A stretch of 64,000 nucleotides of DNA, from NCBI GenBank assembly GCA_964371255.1, contig CAYJKV010000003.1:86901-150900 (forward strand), in the 5' to 3' direction. Under the pieces are notes generated by a model that was given only the letters and a program-made list of their open reading frames with translations, was not told the origin of the DNA and did no database searches. Of this stretch, positions 41,922 to 51,345 are shown one piece after another (the first letter of the stretch is position 1; the number at the start of each line of letters is the position of its first letter). The position numbers were made by a program, and so were the translations under genes. This stretch comes from an uncultured Candidatus Saccharibacteria bacterium (GTDB lineage: Bacteria > Patescibacteriota > Andersenbacteria > UBA10190).

Positions 41922-44396
41922 ATGAAATATCAATTCAATTTTGCTTTACAGCGGGGGCCCATCAAATCTTACTTAACACTAACCTCAAATTTCTTTACCC
42001 TCACGCTCCTGGTGCTGGGTTTGGCCACGATCGTTAGCTGGTCAGTTCTGGTATTTTTCGCCACCTCTCAATTGCTAGTTGGCTTCACCGTTATCATTAC
42101 TGCCGTCATCGCCGGTCTATTCAATGTGTGGGTGTTTGCCAAAACCTATTATCCTAATTTACCCGTATCCGCCACTATCCCGTCAGTCCAGGGCAAGTCG
42201 TCAATTAATTTTCCGCACCTGATCACTTTTGATTTTCTCTTAATTCTATATATGGGTACGGGTTTTAAGACCAATCAGGCCAACCTGGCGTCGGCCATTC
42301 AGGGACTCATCGCCTCATCCGCTAATACTTATTTCTTAAGCCGCTTACAGATCAACAAAGCCAAACTATATGACGCTATCGCGACTGATCTTCTGCCGAA
42401 ACTAACTTGGTCAGATTTTGCTAGTCGTGCTTTTAAGGTCGCACATAAACTCAAAGCTGATCACATTGAGCCGGTCCACGCTTTAGCCGGCCTGCTGATG
42501 CACCCGGCGATAAAAACACGCTTGCGATTGGTTGATCTGGTTGAGACAGATATATTATTCGCTGCCTGGTGGCAAACCGAACTGCGTCGGGTCAGGGAAT
42601 TTAAACGGCGTTGGTGGGACGAACAAAGAATGCTGGCTTTCTCTGGTGTCGGCTTGTCTTGGGCGTCAGGCTTTACGCCATTCGTCGATCGTTTTACGCG
42701 CTTGCCGCATGGCAGTTCCTGGGATAGCGTCTTATACGGACATGAAGGAAAAGTAACCGATATCATAAATACGCTCGCCCGACAACGTCAAAGCAATGTT
42801 TTATTGGTTGGCGACCCTGGAGTAGGGCGTTTAGGCATCATTCGGCAACTAGCTTGGCTCATTCGCACCTCACAAGCGCACGCCGCTCTCATTGGCCAGC
42901 GTGTCCTCTATGTCAACGCCGGAGAATTGATAGCTCAGGGTACAACCGGCGCCAGCCAGATGTCTTTGATCAGCCGCGCCTTAAACGAAATGGAGCGAGC
43001 CGGTAATATTATTGTCATTATCGACGGCCTGAGCGCAGTTTTAGGTGAGGCGGGTGAGCAGCGGGTTAATCTGACAGACATACTGTTGCCGTTTCTGGCC
43101 TCCGCCGCCGTCCGCGTCGTCGTGTTGACCGCCACTGATGATTATCATCTCCGTCTGAAATCTAATGAAGAAATTATCCAGTTTTTCGAAGTAGTCCAGC
43201 TGCCCAGTCTCTCTCCGGACGCAACCCTTCGCCGCCTGGCTTTAACCATTCCACAAATTGAACGCCACTCGCGTTTATTCATTCCGTATCGGACGATCCG
43301 TGCCCTCGTCGAAGAGACTACTTCCATCCTACCTCATATTCCTTTTCCCGAACGAGCCTATGACTTCCTGGAGGAAGCGATTGTCCTGGCTCAAAATCGC
43401 CGCGATAATGTCTTGTTGCCTGAACACATCGAAGAAATCATTTCTCGAAAAATTGGCGTCAATTTAGGCCAGTTACGCGGCCGCGAAAGAGAACAGCTGC
43501 TTAACCTTGAAACCGTCATGCATCGCCGGATGGTTAATCAGGACAATGCCATTAAAACTCTCGCTCATGCTATGATCCGAGCCCGTACCGAAGTACGCAG
43601 CGTTAAACGGCCGATTGGTACCTTTTTATTCCTGGGACCGACCGGGGTAGGTAAAACAGAAACAGCTAAAACCTTAGCGGAATCATATTTCGGTAGCGAA
43701 AATCACATGATACGGTTAGACATGTCGGAATTCCAGGGCAGTGATAGCGTCAGCCGTTTAATCGGCGGCGCCAGCCAACCGGTTGGCCGGCTAACCTCAC
43801 TCATTGCCGATCATCCTTTTACTGTTCTGCTCTTGGATGAATTTGAAAAGGCCTCGCCCGAAGTCCATCAATTGTTCCTGCAGGTCTTTGACGAAGGCAA
43901 CCTGACCGACATCGCCGGACGCCAGTTTTCCTTCTTGCATTCTATCATTATTGCCACCAGCAACGCCGGGGCCGAACTTATCCGCCAGTCGGTCAAAGAC
44001 GGTAAGGTACCGGAAAAATTTGATCAAACACTCAGGGACTACATCCTGAGTCAAAACATTTTGCGACCTGAGCTACTTAATCGCTTCGATGCCGTCATTA
44101 CTTACTCACCGCTCAGCGCAGATCACATCCGACAGATAGCGACCTTAATGCTGCGCAGTTTGAATAAACGCTTAGATACCGAGCACGGTGTCACTATCGC
44201 CATCACGCCGGAGTTAATCGAGTTTTTGGTCTCTATCGGTTATCACCCTGAATTTGGTGCCCGGCCCATGAATCGGGCCATTCAAGACACTGTGGAATTT
44301 GCGGTTGCCCGTAAGATTCTGCAAGGCACGATTTCACCCGGCCAAAAAGTCACGCTCTTACCGGCCGAGTTAGCGAATCTTTCTGCTGGCGTTTAA
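41922..44396 (+). CDS. membrane-anchored ClpA/B-like AAA+ ATPase
   Basis: Two N-terminal TMs; degenerate NBD1; intact NBD2 (GPTGVGKT, LLDEFEK, RPELLNRFD, GARP). Confidence 0.88.
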   Translation: MKYQFNFALQRGPIKSYLTLTSNFFTLTLLVLGLATIVSWSVLVFFATSQLLVGFTVIITAVIAGLFNVWVFAKTYYPNLPVSATIPSVQGKSSINFPHLITFDFLLILYMGTGFKTNQANLASAIQGLIASSANTYFLSRLQINKAKLYDAIATDLLPKLTWSDFASRAFKVAHKLKADHIEPVHALAGLLMHPAIKTRLRLVDLVETDILFAAWWQTELRRVREFKRRWWDEQRMLAFSGVGLSWASGFTPFVDRFTRLPHGSSWDSVLYGHEGKVTDIINTLARQRQSNVLLVGDPGVGRLGIIRQLAWLIRTSQAHAALIGQRVLYVNAGELIAQGTTGASQMSLISRALNEMERAGNIIVIIDGLSAVLGEAGEQRVNLTDILLPFLASAAVRVVVLTATDDYHLRLKSNEEIIQFFEVVQLPSLSPDATLRRLALTIPQIERHSRLFIPYRTIRALVEETTSILPHIPFPERAYDFLEEAIVLAQNRRDNVLLPEHIEEIISRKIGVNLGQLRGREREQLLNLETVMHRRMVNQDNAIKTLAHAMIRARTEVRSVKRPIGTFLFLGPTGVGKTETAKTLAESYFGSENHMIRLDMSEFQGSDSVSRLIGGASQPVGRLTSLIADHPFTVLLLDEFEKASPEVHQLFLQVFDEGNLTDIAGRQFSFLHSIIIATSNAGAELIRQSVKDGKVPEKFDQTLRDYILSQNILRPELLNRFDAVITYSPLSADHIRQIATLMLRSLNKRLDTEHGVTIAITPELIEFLVSIGYHPEFGARPMNRAIQDTVEFAVARKILQGTISPGQKVTLLPAELANLSAGV

Positions 44397-44489
44397 GTGC
44401 GGAACTCCGCGGCCTCATGATCGTCGTTGGCGGTGCAATAAAATAAAATTACTGCCTAACCTGCCCCGCTGCACATTTGTCTCGCTTAA

Positions 44490-46703
44490 TTATTCCTCCA
44501 GTGATATGGATAAAACCTTCGTTCCATCCAGGACATACAGCTTTTTCTCGTCCGTGCTAACAGCGATATCTTTTGCAGACGACTCCTCGCCCAAGAATAT
44601 CTGTCGGATGAGATGGCCAACTGTGTCCCAAACAACTACCCGTTTATTAACTAAATCCAACACATATAAATGACGAAGGCTCTCATTAATGACTAAGGAC
44701 GACTGTTCCGACACCTTGGGTTCTACTTGTTCCATTTTAAACTCCACTTCTTCGCCCTTCAGCAGCTTTCTAATTATGCCGTCGCTATGCAAGGTATAAA
44801 CATAACCATCAACGCCCATATCAATCACGTTATTACGCGGGAAGGTCGCACTTGTTATCCATGGATTGCCTCCGCTATAGCCGCGCAGTGTTTTACTATA
44901 TCCGTAGATGTTATCCATCGTCCCGTCATACAAATAAATCCGGTTGCCGAACGTGGCTAGCGCAACCACCACACTTTGCTCTGACGGCAGTTGTACCTCT
45001 TGTTTCTGCAACACTTCAGTCTTGATGTCATAAAGGGCCAGGCCAGGTTCATCCGTTGCCAGCACTATGTTCTTATCAGCTTCCTGGGTTGCGCCTACTG
45101 TAAAAAAGCCAATGCCGCTCGTATTTTTACTAACTTTTTCGACCGTACCATTCTCTCCGACTCGCACGATTACATTACTGGCTGGATCGAAGCTATATAT
45201 GGCATCGTTGACAAAGAAGATTCTGGTAGGGGCCTGGTTGGTTATTACAGACCCTAAGTCACCAATGATAGTAGTGGCGTTAGGTGCCACTCTGGTTACC
45301 TTATCAAGTCTGTCCTGGACAGCGGTAATCCCATCCGCCAACTCAGTCACTTGGTCCTGATACAGACCTGACAACTTAATGCGATCGATAATTTGCTGAG
45401 CGTCTGCCAGCAACACCCGGGCCTGCTCTCTGTTGTCATAAATTAACGCAGTCTCAGCCGCTCCTTTTTTTGTTCTCGCCTCATGTAAAAACTCGCTCGC
45501 TTGTTGAATTTGTTCATCGGCCGCTCTTTTTTGTTGCAATAAAACCACGCTAATTCCTAATAAAATGGTCAGCAATATAGCCGTAACACCAAAAATTTTG
45601 CTGCTGCGCGGTAATTTATTAATACCATTCATCATTGATCGTCCAATATTTTTCATCAAATCTTTCCCTCCGGCTGACCGCATTGTCAGCCCCGGCCTGT
45701 TGCCGCCGCCAGCATTACCCAAACTCTTTTTGAACTTCTTGTTAGTGAAGGACTGCACGCCGCGGCCGGCCGTTTTAGATACCTGAAAGATAGCCCTGCC
45801 ACTGCGTCGCGAACCCTCCTTCACGTATGGCCAAATGACTTGTTGTATCTTTTGTCCGCTATACACCGCTATCCGGCCGATCAACAAAAATACCTTTTTA
45901 CCGATGGATCGGCTAATTATCAAAGGCTTACGAGGTGTTAAACCAGTGACAGAAAGGGGCTGGCGATTAGCAGCCGTCGAAACAGTTCGTCGATGTCCTC
46001 GGGACTGGTCCGGTGACATCGCAATTACTAAGGCCGCCACTGGTTGGGGTCGCTTCTGATCTTCTGACAATTGGCGTAGTTGCATCGCAATCGTCTCGCC
46101 GGTTTGATCAGCTACAAAACGTACCAGATCCTCGCTGCGAAACACCTGATCAAAGTTGCTTGTGCCAACAAAAATAATATCTCGTTCATTAACTAGACCG
46201 CTCGCTACTGATGAAAAGGTACGCAGAGGATCAAGAATAGGGGAATGAGACAAGCCGGCGGATAATAATGTCAGTTTTTGCGCGCGGGATAATAAAACAA
46301 TACCCTCTCCAGCCGTACTGACATGCAGCGTGAGATGCGGTGCCTCATGGCTTTCCCCCGATTGCTTATTAGACTCAGCCAGCGCACCCACCGCCACATG
46401 AAATGATCCCATCCACTCCCGCACTCCTTGCTCCACCAAGTCATGTAAAATCAGATTGGCTTGATGCAGAGAGGACTCGAAACTTGCCAGCACTCCTCGG
46501 GCCGGGTCGCGATAATATTCGCGTTGCAAGGCCTGGATAACAGTATCAATGATTTCTTTGCCGGCGTGGTCCAATTTTTCTGTCTCAGCGGCCGCGTATA
46601 ACCAGCCTAATTTGACCTCGCCGCCGGCGGGTTCAAAAATAAACGTGTCGCCCACGGCGCGCGAACCATCAAACATTACCAATTCATCAGCATCTGGTAT
46701 CAT
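44490..46703 (-). CDS. membrane protein with PP2C-like N-terminal region, TM and C-terminal beta-propeller
   Basis: Central TM; YVLD/YLYD repeats; the N-terminal fold is inferred. Confidence 0.6.
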   Translation of the reverse strand: MIPDADELVMFDGSRAVGDTFIFEPAGGEVKLGWLYAAAETEKLDHAGKEIIDTVIQALQREYYRDPARGVLASFESSLHQANLILHDLVEQGVREWMGSFHVAVGALAESNKQSGESHEAPHLTLHVSTAGEGIVLLSRAQKLTLLSAGLSHSPILDPLRTFSSVASGLVNERDIIFVGTSNFDQVFRSEDLVRFVADQTGETIAMQLRQLSEDQKRPQPVAALVIAMSPDQSRGHRRTVSTAANRQPLSVTGLTPRKPLIISRSIGKKVFLLIGRIAVYSGQKIQQVIWPYVKEGSRRSGRAIFQVSKTAGRGVQSFTNKKFKKSLGNAGGGNRPGLTMRSAGGKDLMKNIGRSMMNGINKLPRSSKIFGVTAILLTILLGISVVLLQQKRAADEQIQQASEFLHEARTKKGAAETALIYDNREQARVLLADAQQIIDRIKLSGLYQDQVTELADGITAVQDRLDKVTRVAPNATTIIGDLGSVITNQAPTRIFFVNDAIYSFDPASNVIVRVGENGTVEKVSKNTSGIGFFTVGATQEADKNIVLATDEPGLALYDIKTEVLQKQEVQLPSEQSVVVALATFGNRIYLYDGTMDNIYGYSKTLRGYSGGNPWITSATFPRNNVIDMGVDGYVYTLHSDGIIRKLLKGEEVEFKMEQVEPKVSEQSSLVINESLRHLYVLDLVNKRVVVWDTVGHLIRQIFLGEESSAKDIAVSTDEKKLYVLDGTKVLSISLEE

Positions 46704-46861
46704 AGTTGTCATTATAGAAGCTGCGCGACAATTTATAAAACCTCTTATTGCTTTTGCTTTTCTGTTAAGCATCAGCCATATTTGAAAGAATGTATGTCTA
46801 CCTTACTTCTACACCTATCTACTAGTTGCAGCCTAATAGCTTTGTGTTAAGCTATCATTTT

Positions 46862-47485
46862 ATGTCCATCAAATCATTTCCCCTGGAAAAACTATTTGGC
46901 TCTCGCACACGCGTCAAAGTTATTACTCTCTTTACTACCGGTATCAGCCGGCCCTACTATGTCCGCGAGATATCCCGTGCTGTCAACGAACGCTTAAATG
47001 CCGTCCGGCGCGAACTGGACATCTTAATGAAAATTGGGATGCTCAACTCTTATGAAAGCAAGCGCCGAAAATACTACACCCTCAAGCCGGATTTTGTTTT
47101 AAACAAGGAACTTACTTCCATCATGGCCAAAGCAGGACCGCCGATCGAAGACAGCTTGTTCAAAAACATCGATAAACTGGGCGATGTACAGTTTGCCTGC
47201 GCCACTGGCGTCTTTACTCACGCCGAGAACTCCCCGACTGATCTGTTTATAATTGGCACTGTTGATGAACAAAAATTGAAATATTTTGCTCGTTTGATCG
47301 AGCATCAGATTGGTCATGAAATTACATATACGCCTATCACACTTAACGAATATCGTTACCGCCGTAACTTTAATGACATGTTTTTGCGGCAAATATTTTC
47401 CGAGCCATACACTGTCATTCTCAACCGCTTAGACAGTGACCTCCAGCCAGAATCTAAGATGAAACTTCAGGCGGCCCTCGTTTAG
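46862..47485 (+). CDS. wHTH plus nucleotidyltransferase-like protein
   Basis: LFGSRTRVK, YYVREISR, NAVRREL, TDLFIIG. Confidence 0.7.
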   Translation: MSIKSFPLEKLFGSRTRVKVITLFTTGISRPYYVREISRAVNERLNAVRRELDILMKIGMLNSYESKRRKYYTLKPDFVLNKELTSIMAKAGPPIEDSLFKNIDKLGDVQFACATGVFTHAENSPTDLFIIGTVDEQKLKYFARLIEHQIGHEITYTPITLNEYRYRRNFNDMFLRQIFSEPYTVILNRLDSDLQPESKMKLQAALV

Positions 47486-47641
47486 TATCAATTCTTCCCA
47501 GGATTCGCTCATATCAGTGTCCATTCGTCAGCCTAACGCCTTTTGGCTGCTTAACTAGACTTGCTGAGCGTAAATCGGTATAAATACTACCAAGGATAAC
47601 AGTTAGCCAGGGGAAGTGATTGTCCAATCCACCTATCCAAC

Positions 47642-47716
47642 GGGTGCATAGCTCAGCGGCAGAGCGCTACGTTCACATCGTAGAGGCCGAAAGTTCGATC
47701 CTTTCTGCACCCACCA
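47642..47716 (+). tRNA. tRNA-Val(CAC)
   Basis: GGGTGCA/TGCACCC acceptor, CTACG-TT-CAC-AT-CGTAG anticodon arm, encoded CCA. Confidence 0.93.
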
Positions 47717-47810
47717 CGCGTTGATTGCTCCGCGCAAAGAAAAATTATCTTTATTCTATTATCTATGATCTCGCTTGTGCCCCGCCATCTTTCCCAGCTA
47801 TTCTGACCAC

Positions 47811-48425
47811 ATGAGAGATCCCTCTGAAATATATACGCGGCAGGGGACACCGGTCATCGTTGTGGCGACCCGGCTAGCCTACACCCTCTATTTTATGTTT
47901 GCCTTATGGACGCTGAGGTCTAATCACTTTCCCTATTCGCATCTCGAATTCGTGTGGTTGGTATACCTGCTGGGTCTTTATCTCGTCGCTGAAAAAATCT
48001 ATGCCTTGTTCCTGCGGCAGGGGATTGATTTAACATTTTCTTTCCCGCTTTTATTTTTTATCTATTGTCTCAGTTTAGTGGGGCTGACATTGGGTGGGCA
48101 GGATCGTCTGCCGCTGCTCAATCGTGCCGAGCATTTTGCCAGCTTTGTCCTGCTGGCGTTTATCGTCTGGGTTTTTTTTACCAAATATTTACCGCAAAAC
48201 GTCTGGCACGATCACCCCTATTACACTAGCTTGTTAGTGCTAGCCGTCACTTCTCTGCTGGGCGTCGGTAATGAACTGGTGGAGTTAATGATGGATAGTC
48301 TCTTTCACACAAAATTAGTTGGTGCCCACCTGGATACATCGCTTGATCTGTTAATGAACAGTCTCGGCAGCAGTCTTTACCTGGCCGTCCGTCAAGTATT
48401 ACGCTCAACCTCCGCCACTTCTTGA
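47811..48425 (+). CDS. multi-pass membrane protein
   Basis: Several TMs; EHF, NELVE and DTSLDL motifs. Confidence 0.65.
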   Translation: MRDPSEIYTRQGTPVIVVATRLAYTLYFMFALWTLRSNHFPYSHLEFVWLVYLLGLYLVAEKIYALFLRQGIDLTFSFPLLFFIYCLSLVGLTLGGQDRLPLLNRAEHFASFVLLAFIVWVFFTKYLPQNVWHDHPYYTSLLVLAVTSLLGVGNELVELMMDSLFHTKLVGAHLDTSLDLLMNSLGSSLYLAVRQVLRSTSATS

Positions 48426-48449
48426 TATAATTGCCATTCATTGCCCAGC

Positions 48450-49055
48450 ATGCGCCATTATTTAAGACATTTTCTGTTTAGCCTTGTTGCTCTTGTCATC
48501 TTTGCCGCTGGCCTTGGGTTGGGTGCTTATTATCATACGGAAATCTTAGTTCTGTGGCTCAACTACTCTCCGACCGTCGAGCCTGTGCCTGCTGCCACTC
48601 CGCCGCCCATTGATCTGACGGTCTCCTCGGTCATTAACCTGCCCACTCTTTCTGACCCGCTCCCGCTCATCTACGGCGATACACTCGATGAGGCCACCAT
48701 TCAACAACAGCTTAAACAAGGCGCGGTCGTGCTTCCTCTTGGTACTTCTTTTGGTGATCCGGGCAACATCGTTGTTACAGCGCACAGCAGCGGTACGGAA
48801 GCGTTCGGACCATATCGATTTGCCTTTGCACAATTATCTGAGTTAACGGTCGGTTCATCCTATTCAGTTACTACGCCCACAGCAAAATATAATTATCGCG
48901 TCTATGCCAAGGAAATTGTTTGGCCGCATGAGGTTGATAAATTACCTCAAGATGACCGGTCCACTGTTACTCTGGTCACCTGTTGGCCGCTCTGGACAAA
49001 TTTTCAGCGTTTGCTCGTCCATTCCGAGCTGATAGGCGTCGAATACAATCTATAG
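48450..49055 (+). CDS. sortase
   Basis: TAHS, TLVTCWP, QRLLV. Confidence 0.85.
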   Translation: MRHYLRHFLFSLVALVIFAAGLGLGAYYHTEILVLWLNYSPTVEPVPAATPPPIDLTVSSVINLPTLSDPLPLIYGDTLDEATIQQQLKQGAVVLPLGTSFGDPGNIVVTAHSSGTEAFGPYRFAFAQLSELTVGSSYSVTTPTAKYNYRVYAKEIVWPHEVDKLPQDDRSTVTLVTCWPLWTNFQRLLVHSELIGVEYNL

Positions 49056-49145
49056 CGCAATAATCATCATCTGACATAGAAAAAAGACTATCTTGTGGAT
49101 AAATGGCCACCGGGGGTGTTGTGTTGTGGGTTAAGGCGTTGTATT

Positions 49146-49180
49146 GTGGAAGTGCGTGGAAAACAGTGGGGAAAAGTGGG
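49146..49180 (+). promoter_or_regulatory. MraZ-binding boxes
   Basis: Four GTGG(A/G) boxes at exact 10-nt period upstream of mraZ. Confidence 0.75.
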
Positions 49181-49321
49181 GCACCCCTGTGGAAAAGGCA
49201 ATCTATAGGGGTGTCCCACTTTTTTTACCCGCAAACATCCTGATCTTTGACAAACACAAAAACGCGACCATCTTTGTGGCTATAGCAGTAGAGCCATAAT
49301 CCCAACCATTTATTTCCCACT

Positions 49322-49750
49322 ATGTTTTTTGGCGAACATTCACACACCATCGACAGTAAAGGCCGGGTCAGCATTCCGGCCAAATACCGCGAGCAATTAT
49401 CAGATTTAGTTATTACCCGCGGCCTGGACCATTGTTTATGGGTCTATACCAAACCAGAATGGGACAAAATCGCTCAACGATTATCTGCCTTACCTATCAG
49501 TCAGGCAAAAAGCCGCGCTTTCTCTCGGCTCATGTTAGCGGGTGCTTGGGACGCCCAACTTGATTCGCTGGGCCGTATTCTTCTGCCGGAATATCTCCGA
49601 CAGTACGCTTCATTAAGCAAGCACGTCATCATCGCCGGTGTCTATAATCGTCTGGAAGTCTGGGATGAGGATCGTTGGCAGAGCTACAGCGCCCAAACCC
49701 AAACTGATAGTGATGACATAGCGGAAAGCATGTCGGAGCTGGGCATCTAA
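49322..49750 (+). CDS. mraZ: transcriptional regulator MraZ
   Basis: IDSKGRVSIP, LDSLGRILLP. Confidence 0.96.
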   Translation: MFFGEHSHTIDSKGRVSIPAKYREQLSDLVITRGLDHCLWVYTKPEWDKIAQRLSALPISQAKSRAFSRLMLAGAWDAQLDSLGRILLPEYLRQYASLSKHVIIAGVYNRLEVWDEDRWQSYSAQTQTDSDDIAESMSELGI

Positions 49751-49760
49751 TTCAACGAAA

Positions 49761-50783
49761 ATGCTTTATCGTCCACATGTTCCGGTGTTAACCGACGTCA
49801 TCATCGACTTATTTCGACCTGCCTCTCAGGATTCATTGCTTGATGCGACCCTCGGGACCGGCGGCCACACCAAAGCCTATTTAATGGCCAGCGAGCCCGG
49901 TGGCACAGTTGTTGGTCTTGACTCTGATCCCAGAGCCATCGCTGCGGCGCAGCACTATTTATTCAATTACCTTGATCGCGTTAAGTTCATCAATACTAAC
50001 TTTGCGTTTCTTAAGGATTCAATCGTGGGGGGAGGAATTCTTACGAGCGCGGGCGGCAACGTTATTAGTACCGGCCTCAAGCCAGTACTAAAAGGTCAAG
50101 CTGCCATCGCTCCCAATAATACTTCCAACAGTTTGTTCACTCACATTTTATTCGATCTTGGCCTTGGTTCTCATCAGCTGGATGATCCTGCCGCGGGCTT
50201 TTCGTTTCAAAGCGACGGTCCTTTAAATATGAAATTTGGTGCGGACAGTCCGTTGCCTGACTCCTCGTTTCAAGCCGTTAATTACGCGACGCAGCGCTTA
50301 GGACATCATCCCAACGCGTACGAATTAATCAGCCAGTTATCTGTGCCGGAATTAACTCTCCTCCTTCATACTCTGGGCGAGGAAAGATATGCCGGACGGA
50401 TTGCGCAGGCGATTAAACGCCGGATCCCAGCCACCACCCACGAGCTGGCGGCCACTGTCCAGCAGGCAGTCCCTGCCAGCTACGAACATGGCCGTATCAA
50501 TCCTGCGACCAGGACCTTCCAGGCATTACGCTTGGCCGTCAATCGTGAATTAGAAGCTTTGGCCGTCGCGCTGCCTCAGGCCGCCGACTTGCTCCAAGCC
50601 AATGGCACGATTGCGGTGATCAGCTTTCATAGTTTAGAAGATAGGATTATTAAGCAATTCTTTCGTCAAAGTGAACTAAGCGTGGTCACAAAAAAGCCGC
50701 TGACGGCCACGCCTGAAGAAATTAAGCGCAACCCTCGCGCCCGTACGGCTAAACTAAGAGCCGCCCGCAAAACGCCGGGCTAG
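49761..50783 (+). CDS. rsmH: 16S rRNA m4C1402 methyltransferase
   Basis: HVPVL, DATLGTGGH, FQALRLAVN, ISFHSLEDR. Confidence 0.96.
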   Translation: MLYRPHVPVLTDVIIDLFRPASQDSLLDATLGTGGHTKAYLMASEPGGTVVGLDSDPRAIAAAQHYLFNYLDRVKFINTNFAFLKDSIVGGGILTSAGGNVISTGLKPVLKGQAAIAPNNTSNSLFTHILFDLGLGSHQLDDPAAGFSFQSDGPLNMKFGADSPLPDSSFQAVNYATQRLGHHPNAYELISQLSVPELTLLLHTLGEERYAGRIAQAIKRRIPATTHELAATVQQAVPASYEHGRINPATRTFQALRLAVNRELEALAVALPQAADLLQANGTIAVISFHSLEDRIIKQFFRQSELSVVTKKPLTATPEEIKRNPRARTAKLRAARKTPG

Positions 50784-50820
50784 CCAACATCATCAATTAA
50801 CAACTAACAAAAACCAACAC

Positions 50821-51243
50821 ATGACATCAATAAGCAACCAATTCGTCCGACCGCGCCGCCAGTTGAACCAGGCTGCCTGGCGTCAACCGCAGCATTGTCA
50901 AATCCGTCATTTCTCCGCCATTGCTAGTTGGCAAAGCGGCAGTATCAATTCAACCACTGTCTCCTTGGTCTTCGGTTTATTGATTATTATCAGTATTTCT
51001 TGCCTGGGCTTCTTCTATCTCGGACAAGTCCTAAACACCGCGTCACAGGGGTCTGATATCCAGCAGTTGGAAGAAAAAATTGTTGAGCTTAAAGAAAAAC
51101 AACGTCAGGTTGAACTGGAAGGCGCTCAGTTACGCTCCATTGATAATATTGAAAATCGCGTCCATGACTTAAACCTGGTTGCCACTAGCAAAGTAACGTT
51201 TCTTAATCCGGCTGTGGATAAAGTCGCTGCTTTAAATCGATAG
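50821..51243 (+). CDS. FtsL-like division protein
   Basis: TM plus coiled coil, between rsmH and the PBP gene. Confidence 0.6.
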   Translation: MTSISNQFVRPRRQLNQAAWRQPQHCQIRHFSAIASWQSGSINSTTVSLVFGLLIIISISCLGFFYLGQVLNTASQGSDIQQLEEKIVELKEKQRQVELEGAQLRSIDNIENRVHDLNLVATSKVTFLNPAVDKVAALNR

Positions 51244-51345
51244 GCTACCGCGCACCTTAAACTTTTTCGCGGTTGGATTCCTTTAAGTTACTTAACAATA
51301 ATTGCTTCATGCCTGACAGTTAGGCATACTTGTTGGAAAATTCTC

